In this document: positions 1 to 8,742 of the stretch, piece by piece
Layout: every line of letters begins with the position of its first letter
Numbering within the stretch: position 1 is the stretch's first letter
Origin: an uncultured Verrucomicrobiae bacterium
Lineage (GTDB): Bacteria > Verrucomicrobiota > Verrucomicrobiia > Chthoniobacterales > JAATET01
DNA: 64,000 bases
Direction of reading: 5' to 3'
Assembly: GCA_963719495.1 (NCBI GenBank)
Contig: CAVRCI010000011.1
Span: 32,001 to 96,000 of the forward strand
Notes under the pieces: model-generated
Database searches by the model: none
Seen by the model: the letters and a program-made list of their open reading frames with translations, nothing else
Told to the model about the DNA's origin: nothing
Program-made: the position numbers and the translations under genes

Positions 1-22
1 GGCCCACCCCGCCCGAATCCCA

Positions 23-256
23 ATGTCCCAACCATCCGAAAACCCGCGCCCCGTGTTCGTTCAAGGTACTCCGATCGAGCTCTGCCAGTTTCTCAAGCTG
101 GGAGGGTTGGCCCAAAGCGGCGGCGAGGCAAAATGGGTCATCAACGAGGGCCTGATTTCCGTCAACGGAGAGGTCGAGACCCAGAAGCGGAAGAAACTCC
201 TCGGAGGAGACAAGGTCACCTTCCGCAACGAGACGCTGATCGTGGAGTGTCCGTGA
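23..256 (+). CDS. S4 RNA-binding domain protein (YbcJ/YaaA family)
   Basis: 77 aa with IELCQFLKLGGLAQSGGEAK...VNGEVETQKRKKL S4 signature. Confidence 0.9.
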   Translation: MSQPSENPRPVFVQGTPIELCQFLKLGGLAQSGGEAKWVINEGLISVNGEVETQKRKKLLGGDKVTFRNETLIVECP

Positions 257-1557
257 GCGACGACGAGTCGGATGATCGCGCGGCGGAGATTCCTTCCGCC
301 GCCGCGACGTTTTCTTCACTCGGTCTCTCCGAACCTATCCTCCTCGCCGCCGAAGGCTGTGAATATTCCGAGCCGACGCCTATTCAGGCCGCCGCGATCC
401 CCGCGATCCTAAGTGGTCGGGACGTTTGGGCTTCCGCGCGGACCGGATCCGGAAAAACCGCCGCCTTCGTCCTACCGCTGCTCCAGAATTTGGGAGAAAC
501 TTCGCGACCGCCCGGCCGCTTCGTCAGCGCGCTCGTTTTGGTTCCCACTCGCGAGTTGGCAGCCCAGGTCTTCGACGTTCTCTGCGAAGCCAAGCGTCAT
601 CTGCTCCATCGGCTGAGGACCCACCTGGTCCACGGTGGAGTCTCCATCAATCCCCAGATGATGGGCTTGGGAGGCGGGGCCGACGTCCTGGTCGCAACTC
701 CCGGTCGACTCCTCGACCTGATCGATCACAACGCCCTTTCGCTTTCCGCAGTTTCGATCCTGATCCTCGACGAAGCCGATCGTCTCCTCGACGAGGGATT
801 CAGCAAAGAGCTCGACCGCATCGTGAGTCTACTCCCGGCCACCCGGCAGAGTCTGCTTTTCTCGGCCACGTTCCCCGCCGCGGTGCAAAGTCTGGCGGCC
901 AGCTTGCTCACCGATCCGGTCCGGATCGAGGTGACGATGGCGGCCGACCCCGACCCGCGGATTCATCAACGGGTGATCGAGGTCGACGTCCCGCGCCGGA
1001 CTCAGTTGCTCCGGCATCTGTTGGCGGAAAATCAATGGTCCGGCGTGCTCGTGTTTGTCGCCAGGAAGTATTCGACCGAACACGTCGCCGACAAACTGCG
1101 ACGCTTGAAGATCCGGGCCGAGGCCCTGCACGGCGGACTGAGCCAAGGGGCCCGCACCGAGGCCCTGGCCAACTTCAAGGCGGGCAAAATCCGGGTGCTC
1201 GTCGCCACGGACCTCGCCGCCCGCGGCCTCGACGTCGCCGGTCTCCCCGCCGTGGTGAATTACGATCTCCCGCGCTCCGCCGTCGACTACACCCACCGCA
1301 TCGGTCGCACCGGCCGGGCGGGCGAGGCTGGGACCGCGATCAGTTTCGTCAGCGCCAGCACCCAGGCCCATTTCCGGCTCATCGAGAAACGTAACCATCT
1401 CTGGCTGGAGCGAGAAGAAATCGAAGGCTTCGAGCCGACGGAAACCGAGGAGCCGCCCCCAAGCACCGGCGGAATCAAAGGTCGCCGCCCCAGCAGGAAA
1501 GACAAACTCCGGGCCGCACGGGCGAAAGCCGCCACGCATCCGGAGACCGCTCATTGA
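253..1557 (+). CDS. DEAD-box RNA helicase (RhlE-like)
   Basis: Q motif PTPIQ, ARTGSGKT, PTRELA, TPGRL, DEAD, SAT, ARGLD, HRIGRTGR; GTG start at 253 overlaps upstream stop (GTGA). Confidence 0.93.
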   Translation: MSDDESDDRAAEIPSAAATFSSLGLSEPILLAAEGCEYSEPTPIQAAAIPAILSGRDVWASARTGSGKTAAFVLPLLQNLGETSRPPGRFVSALVLVPTRELAAQVFDVLCEAKRHLLHRLRTHLVHGGVSINPQMMGLGGGADVLVATPGRLLDLIDHNALSLSAVSILILDEADRLLDEGFSKELDRIVSLLPATRQSLLFSATFPAAVQSLAASLLTDPVRIEVTMAADPDPRIHQRVIEVDVPRRTQLLRHLLAENQWSGVLVFVARKYSTEHVADKLRRLKIRAEALHGGLSQGARTEALANFKAGKIRVLVATDLAARGLDVAGLPAVVNYDLPRSAVDYTHRIGRTGRAGEAGTAISFVSASTQAHFRLIEKRNHLWLEREEIEGFEPTETEEPPPSTGGIKGRRPSRKDKLRAARAKAATHPETAH

Positions 1558-1690
1558 ACCGCGAATGAAAGCGAAAGGACGCGATCAGGGAATTGTGAGT
1601 CGGTGATCCGGGTCGGGATGACGCCCTCCTCGCCAATCGCGCGGCGACCCCCCGTTTGACCTCTCACCATTCGTGTCCATTCGCGGTTCC
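1557..1690. repeat. REP-like palindrome (AACCGCGAATG...CATTCGCGGTT)
   Basis: Inverted arms gaaccgcgaatg and cattcgtgtccattcgcggttc between convergent genes. Confidence 0.6.
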
Positions 1691-1738
1691 ACTTCCGCGA
1701 CGACTCCCTCGATGGCTTTGTCGCCGATTTGCGTTTCT

Positions 1739-3640
1739 TTATCCTGGTCGGGAAGAAGCGATTTCTTGCAGTTGCCGCCGTTGGGCCGCATTCGGCTTCC
1801 AACGAGTGCTGTGAATCAACCGCTGTACCAGGCCCTTCGCCGCGTAATGCAACGGGAGATTCTGTGCCGTGGCGCCGTCGCTGAGGCGTCGCAGTGCGGA
1901 GATCGACGGGCCAAGGTGGGCGACGTCGGCGTGGGCCTCCAGGACCGTGACCGCCGACACCACGACCTCGGGATCCGGGTCATCGAGGGCGGCGGTAACA
2001 ATCGGAAGGGCCGCAGGATCCCACCCGTCGAGCAGGACCTCGCTGAGGACGTCCGTGTAGCAGCGAGTGTGCTCCCGAGCCGCCAGCGTCCGCTGTAAAG
2101 CGGCAAGTCCAGCGGGTGGGTCGAAACGCAGCCAGAACGTGAGCGCATCCGCTTGAATCGAGCAGGCCCACTTTCCTTCCTTCGGTGCGTAGAAAGCGAC
2201 CACGTCCGGGAGGAGATCAGGGGTGCCGTATCGGGCGACCGCGGCCATCAATAAATCAAGATTCTTGGGGGACCGTTCCCGTAATTGAGCCCTGAAGTAA
2301 GCTTCCAGCTCAGGAACCGGTTCGGCGGCCAGCGTCAGAAGCGGGGCGTTGGCGATCTGAGAGACCGCTTTGGGAATGAGAAAACGGGGTGACCGACGTT
2401 GCAAATCATCGATGATGAGGGGTCGGGCTTCGTCGGGTTTGAGCTCGGCCAAGGCCGCGAGGGCGTCGGGATTATGGAAGGGGGGACCGACCATCTTCCG
2501 GACCAAAGGCAGGAATGCTTCACCGCCAAAACTTCGCCAACTTCTTAGCAGGGTCTCCCCTTGCTCGAGGGTCAGGTCGAGCTGGACCTTCACCAGTTCA
2601 GCACGGACTTGGGGGCGTTTGATCGGATCTTCGAAGAGGAGGGTCATCATCGTCTGATAGGAGTCCTCGCCTTTTCCCCCCGTAGCAGCCGTGGCCGCGG
2701 CGGTGATCTCCTCGGAAGCCGCTTGAAACGCGTCCCGAAATTTCCTTCCGAGGGCCTCCCGCTCTTCCCGCGACTCCGGGATCGGTTTGAACTCGAAAGC
2801 GGCGGTTTTAAGGGTGGCGTAGATCTGCGTCAGGCCAGGGTTGAACTTAATTTTTCCAGCGCGAAGGGCCGCGAGGATGTTCCGAGCCTCCGCCACCGGG
2901 TCCGGGGCGGCGTAGAGAGCCATCGTTGCGGAAAAAGAGTGTGGACCGGAGGCGATGAAGGGGAGCAGGGCAGCACGAGATTCGGGCAGGCCGAGATACC
3001 GCAACGTGGCGGCCCCTTCGTCGGCTTCCCTGCCGTCGCCGGGGAGTTGGGGGACGGCCTGGTCGATGATCCGTTGCGCCTCGGCAGGATTCAGCGCGGT
3101 GATCGTGACAAACACGGGATCGGACACGAGTGCGACGCGGTCATCCTGACCGTTGGGCCGTTCGAAGCGGTCCCCCTTTTGAACGCGATCGCTGTAGGCG
3201 CGCAGGGCGTAGGTCCCGGGCTTCTCGAAACGCAGCCATTGATTCGCCGGGAACGTGATTGCCCACTCGCTCAGGTCCTGATCGTTTCCGAGGCCCCCGC
3301 CGACGCCTCCCCTTTCGAAATACCACCGGAGCGGATCGGCGACGGGACGACCGGCGGCGTCGGAGGCGTGAATCGCGATGTTGGGGATCCGCCCCGACCG
3401 GTCGTAGGTGCCCGTCCACAAATGATACGGCTGCGTCGAATCGTTGCGGAAGGTCAGCGTGGTGTCGATGATCTCACCTTGGTGGTATCGTGTCTTGGGA
3501 ACGTCGATTATCAGCGAGAGTTTGTCCGGCTGAGCGGCGCGGATCTTTTCCCAATCGACAAATTCGGGAGTGACGAATTGCGAGCGGGCCGCCGCGGCTG
3601 CGAGCAGCACAAAGGCGATGCATGGAAGGGGACTGAGCAC
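1739..3640 (-). CDS. Secreted hypothetical protein: beta-sandwich-like N-terminus, HEAT/alpha-solenoid-like C-terminus
   Basis: Long ORF; GTG at 3640 gives signal peptide VLSPLPCIAFVLLAAAAARSQ; HEAT-like ALDDPDPEVVVSAVTVL; start uncertain (ORF open to 3769). Confidence 0.65.
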   Translation of the reverse strand: MLSPLPCIAFVLLAAAAARSQFVTPEFVDWEKIRAAQPDKLSLIIDVPKTRYHQGEIIDTTLTFRNDSTQPYHLWTGTYDRSGRIPNIAIHASDAAGRPVADPLRWYFERGGVGGGLGNDQDLSEWAITFPANQWLRFEKPGTYALRAYSDRVQKGDRFERPNGQDDRVALVSDPVFVTITALNPAEAQRIIDQAVPQLPGDGREADEGAATLRYLGLPESRAALLPFIASGPHSFSATMALYAAPDPVAEARNILAALRAGKIKFNPGLTQIYATLKTAAFEFKPIPESREEREALGRKFRDAFQAASEEITAAATAATGGKGEDSYQTMMTLLFEDPIKRPQVRAELVKVQLDLTLEQGETLLRSWRSFGGEAFLPLVRKMVGPPFHNPDALAALAELKPDEARPLIIDDLQRRSPRFLIPKAVSQIANAPLLTLAAEPVPELEAYFRAQLRERSPKNLDLLMAAVARYGTPDLLPDVVAFYAPKEGKWACSIQADALTFWLRFDPPAGLAALQRTLAAREHTRCYTDVLSEVLLDGWDPAALPIVTAALDDPDPEVVVSAVTVLEAHADVAHLGPSISALRRLSDGATAQNLPLHYAAKGLVQRLIHSTRWKPNAAQRRQLQEIASSRPG

Positions 3641-3778
3641 AGCAATGATTTTGTATCGAATGAAAGCCACTTGGAAAAGTCCTCGGGACGGGGAAAGCAA
3701 TTGGTGAGCAATCGAGTCGTTGCAAGGCCCGACGAGGACGACGAGCCTCGGAAGGGTAAGGGCACTCATCCGGGCTTA

Positions 3779-5265
3779 TGTCGGGGCCTGTTCAAAAGTG
3801 AACGGAGACTGTTCAAAAGCGGAATGAGAGACTGTTCAAAAGTGGATTGGGGGTTTTGGGGCGTTGTATTGGGAGACGCGGGAAGCGCCTCGGAGGAGGC
3901 CGGAGCGTAGCGGAGGCTGACGGAGAGGCGCTTCCCGCGTGCGCGCCTGCTCCCCGGCCCCAGTGCCCCAAGGATACCAGCCGTTGGGGTGAAGCGTTTG
4001 TGGAACGCGCTGGCTTGCGCGCTCGCCTGGTCGATTATCCCGGATTGAAAAGAAGCAGATTACCCACCGTCTCCCGCCAGATTTTGTCCGTCGCACACTT
4101 GCAGGTTTCAATGCGGGACTTCTCGATGCCAGCAATGCCGCAAGCCAGTTAGGCATCGGCAAAACCAGGCTCTATGAACTCCGCACGGCCTACCTCGCAA
4201 ATCGTAATTCCTACGCCCCGGCTGCCAGCGGGGGCGCTCGTCGCGCCGACTGGCCGCCCGAAGTTGAACGCTTTCTCCAAGAGTTTCTGCCGCTTCAGAA
4301 CCCACCCAATTACCAGTTAGTCGCCGACGAACTTGAGCGACTCTGCGGATTCGTTCGGGCGCGCTCGGTCGTCGAGACCCACGTCAAAGCGCGCTACGCC
4401 CATCTGGTGCCCTCGCCGACCCGCAAGCCTCGCGTTTATCGGCGCTTCCGTCGCGCTCGCATCGGCGAACTTTGGCAGCACGACAGTTCGATCCACCAAT
4501 GGTGGCCCGCCGCCGCTAAACAGACTTTACTGCTCACCGTCGACGACCATTCGGGCCTGAATCTAGCAGGTCGCTTCGTGGAATCCGATACCACTTGGAA
4601 CCATTTCGGACATTTCCGCGAATCCTTCGAGACCTGGGGCCTGCCGCAGATCGTTTACACTGATGGCCTCAGCCTCTTCGGGCCAAGTTCCAGCGGCGAT
4701 CACTGCGATCCTAAGAGTGAATTCCAACGCGCCCTCCGCGGACTCGGCGTCGCTCACTTAGTGGCACCGACCCCACAAGCTAAGGGTAAGATCGAGCGCC
4801 GTTTCGGGACTTTCCAGAGACGGCTCGTCACACTACTCGCCCATGCCAGCGCCAAAACTTGGCCCCAGGCCGACGAAATTCTTCAGATGGAGATTGCCAG
4901 GCAGAACCGTACCGTCAATCGCTCCACCGGCAAGGTCCCGCTCCATCTGTGGGAAGCGCAGTCGCTTGGCGACAGCGGGCGCATGCGCCCCATCCCGCCT
5001 TCCGCGCTCCTAGACTTACACCTCTCAATCCGCTGCTCCCGCCGGGTGAACAATGACCACACCATCGACTTCGATGGCTCCAACTACGAGATCTCCAACA
5101 CCCAGCGCAAGAGCGTCACCATCGTCCACCATCCCGGAAGCCGTTTCTGGGTCGTCGAACACCCTCCCAAAACCGTCTGGCCCCCCATTCTAGGCCACTT
5201 CAGCCTCTAAAATCGCTGTTCGCTTTTGAACAGGCGAGAATTCCGCTTTTGAACAGTCGCCGACA
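3779..5265 (+). mobile_element. Insertion sequence, IS1202 family (IS481-related), probably the ISTde1-like subgroup
   Basis: Ends TGTCGG...CCGACA; repeated CTGTTCAAAAG sites (3 left, 2 inverted right); 16-bp direct repeat CACTCATCCGGGCTTA at 3763-3778 and 5266-5281; DDE transposase inside. Confidence 0.88.
4044..5210 (+). CDS. DDE (rve-type) transposase
   Basis: GELWQHDSS, TVDDHS, YTDG, PQAKGKIERRFGTFQRRL; frame is open upstream of the called GTG (4407) through an HTH segment (AASQLGIGKTRLYEL); start proposed at ATT 4044. Confidence 0.85.
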   Translation: MEKKQITHRLPPDFVRRTLAGFNAGLLDASNAASQLGIGKTRLYELRTAYLANRNSYAPAASGGARRADWPPEVERFLQEFLPLQNPPNYQLVADELERLCGFVRARSVVETHVKARYAHLVPSPTRKPRVYRRFRRARIGELWQHDSSIHQWWPAAAKQTLLLTVDDHSGLNLAGRFVESDTTWNHFGHFRESFETWGLPQIVYTDGLSLFGPSSSGDHCDPKSEFQRALRGLGVAHLVAPTPQAKGKIERRFGTFQRRLVTLLAHASAKTWPQADEILQMEIARQNRTVNRSTGKVPLHLWEAQSLGDSGRMRPIPPSALLDLHLSIRCSRRVNNDHTIDFDGSNYEISNTQRKSVTIVHHPGSRFWVVEHPPKTVWPPILGHFSL

Positions 5266-5385
5266 CACTCATCCGGGCTTATTGACTTCTCGGAGGAAGT
5301 GCGATTCACCGGGTGCGCGATTTTCTCGATCAGTCGCTGGATTCGGAAAATGTGTGATCACGAAATACCCCTTCCCTGGCCTCTC

Positions 5386-5668
5386 CCGGAAGGAACTGAA
5401 CTGGAGCGGCAAGCGAGTGGGAGGAGAGAAATTCTGAACCAATGCACGGACTGACCCCTCCTCCGGACTGACCCCTCCTCTGAACCAATGCACGGACTGA
5501 CCCCTCCTCCGGAAGAACTGAACTGGAGCGGCAAGCGAGCGGGAGGAGAGAAATTCTGAACCAATGCACGGACTGACCCCTCCTCCTGAACCAATGCACG
5601 GACTGACCCCTCCTCCGGACTGACCCCTCCTCAATGCACGGACTGACCCCTCCTCTGACCCCTCCTCT
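5386..5668. repeat. Nested tandem repeat tangle (TGAACCAATGCACGGACTGACCCCTCCTC units)
   Basis: Two copies of an about 80-bp unit plus several shorter CTGACCCCTCCTC copies. Confidence 0.85.
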
Positions 5669-5669
5669 G

Positions 5670-5996
5670 ATCATTAAAGAGAAGCTCGTCGGTCTCGCCG
5701 CCCCGACCGGTCGGAGCTTTACGGTCCGCATCGTTTGCCAGGAACTCGAGAGTTGGTTCAACGGCGACCCGGAGGCCGTCCATCGGGCATTCCCTGGGTG
5801 CCTCTTTTCGAGCCAAACAGCCAAATACCGGGATCCGGACCGACTCACGAACGCTGCCGATGAGCTCACGTCGCTCACCGGCAGCGCTTCGAAGGTGGAT
5901 CGCGCCGGGAAAATCGCCGCTCATTTGGAACCCGCAAGCAACGCTTCCCGGAGCTTTCACCACGCTTATGAAATCCTCGCGAGTCATCTGGGCTGA
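5670..5996 (+). pseudogene. N-terminally truncated DUF4276-family gene remnant
   Basis: VRIVCQELESWFNGD and KYRDPD motifs resemble the DUF4276 C-terminal half; no genuine start; 5' end abuts the repeat tangle. Confidence 0.65.
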
Positions 5997-6067
5997 GTCC
6001 TCGGAACGGAAGTTCGACTGGGTCGGCGCGCCGGTGGGCCGGACGGAGTCGGGGCTGTTTTGACGTG

Positions 6068-6092
6068 GGCTCGGAGGGAGCCTCGCCCTCCC
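6068..6092. repeat. REP family GGCTCGNNGGGAGCCTCGCCCTCC
   Basis: Related copies near 7399, 23708, 38476 (inverted) and 53758. Confidence 0.75.
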
Positions 6093-6204
6093 GGGGGGCT
6101 AATTGACTGCTCTTGATTTCGCTGCTCGTCGATTCGAACGGGGGCGTGCAGGGTGCGGGTTGCTTGGCGGCGTGAGGCCGTGGGCGCAACTTTTCTTTTT
6201 TCTC

Positions 6205-7329
6205 ATGTCTGCTTTTTCCAAACTTGGCGTTCCGGCGGATCTGGTTCGTGGACTCGACGCGCTCGGGATTGCGGAGCCGACTTCGATTCAGAGTAGCGCG
6301 ATTCCGTTTCTCATTCGGGATGGCGGAGATTTGGTCGCTCAGGCGCAGACCGGGACCGGGAAGACGGCGGCTTTTGGGCTGCCGCTGCTGACGAAGATCG
6401 ATCCGGCCAATCCGAAGGTGCAGGCGCTCGTGCTCTCGCCGACTCGGGAGCTGGCGAAGCAGATCGGGAAGGCGTTGTTTCAATTCACGAAATTTTCGAA
6501 GGAGAAGATCTTCGTCGAGGTGACTGGGGGTGGGGACAAGATCGGGGAGCAGGTGGCGCGGTTGAAGCGCCCGACGCACGTCGTGGTGGCCACGCCGGGG
6601 CGGCTCTTCGATCTGTTGAAGGCGGGGGCTCTCAGGCTCGATGAGGTGCGGTACCTCGTGCTGGACGAGGCGGATGAGATGCTGAGCATGGGTTTTCGCG
6701 CGGAGATCCTCGAGGTCGCGAAGCTCACGGCGGCTTCCCGGCGGAGCACCTGGCTCTTCTCCGCGACGTTTCCGGAAAAAATTCAGCGCTTGATCGCGGA
6801 CTGCATCAAGGGCGAGCCCGAGCGAATCAAGGTCGAGCGGGCGGACGTGGTGAACCCGAATATCTCGCACCGCTACGTGATCTGTCCGCGCGAGGATAAG
6901 GACGCCTGGGTCGCGAATTTTCTGCGGGACCAGGGTGAGGAACGCGGGATGATTTTTTGCCGCACGCGGGCGGGGGCGATCAAGCTGGGCGACGAGTTGA
7001 AGAAGCACGGCGTCGCGGTCGACGTGTTGCAGGGCGATCTCAGCCAGAAGGATCGCGACAAGGTGATGCGGGCTTTCAAGAAGGAGCGGACGCGGTTTCT
7101 CATCGCGACCGACGTCGCGGCGCGCGGCATCGACGTGGAGGGGTTGTCGTTCGTGATCCACCGTCAGCTTCCGGAGCAGCGGCGGTATTACACGCACCGC
7201 GCCGGAAGGACGGCGCGCGCGGGGCGGACGGGTGTCTCCATTTGTTTGATCGAGCCCGAGGAAAAGCGCGCCATCGCGGAGCTCGAGCAAGAGCTGGGGC
7301 TGACCTTCGAGGCGTTGGACTGGGGATAG
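6205..7329 (+). CDS. DEAD-box RNA helicase
   Basis: AQTGTGKT, PTRELA, DEADEML, SAT, ARGID, HRAGRTAR; ATG at 6205. Confidence 0.93.
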   Translation: MSAFSKLGVPADLVRGLDALGIAEPTSIQSSAIPFLIRDGGDLVAQAQTGTGKTAAFGLPLLTKIDPANPKVQALVLSPTRELAKQIGKALFQFTKFSKEKIFVEVTGGGDKIGEQVARLKRPTHVVVATPGRLFDLLKAGALRLDEVRYLVLDEADEMLSMGFRAEILEVAKLTAASRRSTWLFSATFPEKIQRLIADCIKGEPERIKVERADVVNPNISHRYVICPREDKDAWVANFLRDQGEERGMIFCRTRAGAIKLGDELKKHGVAVDVLQGDLSQKDRDKVMRAFKKERTRFLIATDVAARGIDVEGLSFVIHRQLPEQRRYYTHRAGRTARAGRTGVSICLIEPEEKRAIAELEQELGLTFEALDWG

Positions 7330-7445
7330 GTTGGCCGTTCGGCTCGGGGCATTTGGGACGGGGGACCGGCCTGGAGGAGTCGGTTGCTTTCGGAAGTGGG
7401 CTCGCCGGGAGGCTCGCCCTCCGGGGTGGGTGGGTATGCCCGGGA

Positions 7446-8120
7446 TCAGCGGTCGTCGTAGGTGCCGATGGCTTCGAGGGTGTGGTTGGGGAGGACTCGG
7501 AAGACTTCCTTGCTGACGGGGTAGGCGGTCATGCCATGGTCGGCGAGGACGGAGTCGGCGATGTCGGCGAAGCGGCTGGCGAGGGCGGGGAAAACGTAGA
7601 TGCGGAAGCGATTGGGGATGGCGACGAGGAGGTCGGGGCCGAGGGTGGTCTCGAAGGTTTCGATGAAGTCATCGGCGAAGACGGTGGAGGCGACGAAGGG
7701 TTGGTCGGAATCGACGACGGCGAACTGGATGGTGCCGCGGTCGTCGCGGACGTAGCGGGGCTCGAGGGTGGCGAGGTCTTCGCTGGCGTTCTGGCGGGCG
7801 AGGGCGTCGATGCCTTCGCGGTTGGCTTCGTAGTCGGTGGGCTGGACGTAGGTGACGTCGTCGCCGTCGAGGAGGGCGGGGGTCACGAGGGTCTGGCCCG
7901 TGCCCGGGATCGGGATCTGCACGGGGGGGCGCATGAAGGCGGGCTCGACGAGGAAGTGGTAGCGGGGGGTGGGGGGGGGAGTTGCGTGAGTGGTGACTGG
8001 TGACTGGTGATTGGTGGGTGGGGGGGGCGGGGCCGCGGAGACATAGGAGAGGGCCGCGGTGAGAAAGATCGCGGTGGCGAGGGAGAGAATTTTGTTTTCT
8101 CGGGGGTGGGTGGTAGTCAT
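7446..8120 (-). CDS. Secreted hypothetical protein (DUF1444-like C-terminal region)
   Basis: Signal-like hydrophobic N-terminus, Pro-rich linker, LLVAIPNRFRIYVF; start uncertain. Confidence 0.6.
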   Translation of the reverse strand: MTTTHPRENKILSLATAIFLTAALSYVSAAPPPPPTNHQSPVTTHATPPPTPRYHFLVEPAFMRPPVQIPIPGTGQTLVTPALLDGDDVTYVQPTDYEANREGIDALARQNASEDLATLEPRYVRDDRGTIQFAVVDSDQPFVASTVFADDFIETFETTLGPDLLVAIPNRFRIYVFPALASRFADIADSVLADHGMTAYPVSKEVFRVLPNHTLEAIGTYDDR

Positions 8121-8130
8121 TGGGTCGACG

Positions 8131-8742
8131 ATGATTACTTTTTTGGACGGTGTTTTGGAGGAGGCTTTGCCGACGCAGATTTCGGTGAACGTGGGGGGAG
8201 TCGGTTACGAGGTTCTCATTCCGCTGTCGAGTTTCGACCGGTTGCCGAAGGTCGGCGGGGCGATCCGGGTGTTGACGCATCTGGTGGTGCGCGAGGATGC
8301 GCACATTCTGTTTGGCTTCATGAGCAAGGCCGAGCGGGATCTGTTCCGGCTGTTGACCGGGAACGTGACCGGGGTGGGGCCGAAGCTGGCGCTGGCGGTG
8401 CTGAGCGGTATGGGGGTGGAGGATTTCAAGACGATGGTGGTGGCTGGGGACGTCGCGGCGCTGGCCAGGGTCAAGGGTGTCGGGAAGAAGACGGCGGAGC
8501 GAATGGTGCTGGAGTTGAAGGACAAGCTGGGTGTGGTGGCGGAGTGGGAGGCTTCGAGCGCGAAGAACGCGCCGACTCCGCACGATACCGCGATCCACGA
8601 CGCGGCGCTGGCGCTCATTTCGCTGGGTTACAAGCAGGTGGACGCGCACAAGGCGATCAAGCGGGTGATCGAGATCGAGGGTGGCGAGGGGTCGGTGGAC
8701 TCGGAGGCGCTGGTGCGTCAGGCCTTGAAGTTGCTGCTGTGA
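8131..8742 (+). CDS. ruvA: Holliday junction branch migration protein RuvA
   Basis: MITFLDG...VGGVGYEV...HLVVREDA...VTGVGPKLA...GVGKKTAERMVLELKDK...ALISLGY. Confidence 0.96.
   Translation: MITFLDGVLEEALPTQISVNVGGVGYEVLIPLSSFDRLPKVGGAIRVLTHLVVREDAHILFGFMSKAERDLFRLLTGNVTGVGPKLALAVLSGMGVEDFKTMVVAGDVAALARVKGVGKKTAERMVLELKDKLGVVAEWEASSAKNAPTPHDTAIHDAALALISLGYKQVDAHKAIKRVIEIEGGEGSVDSEALVRQALKLLL

Noticed and set aside
5386..5668. CRISPR array or coding ORFs over the repeat tangle
   Set aside because: Irregular nested units with no unique spacers; the translations only mirror the repeats
8007..8738. N-terminal extension of the 685-aa ORF
   Set aside because: Overlaps ruvA out of frame; the GTG at 8739 is the credible start
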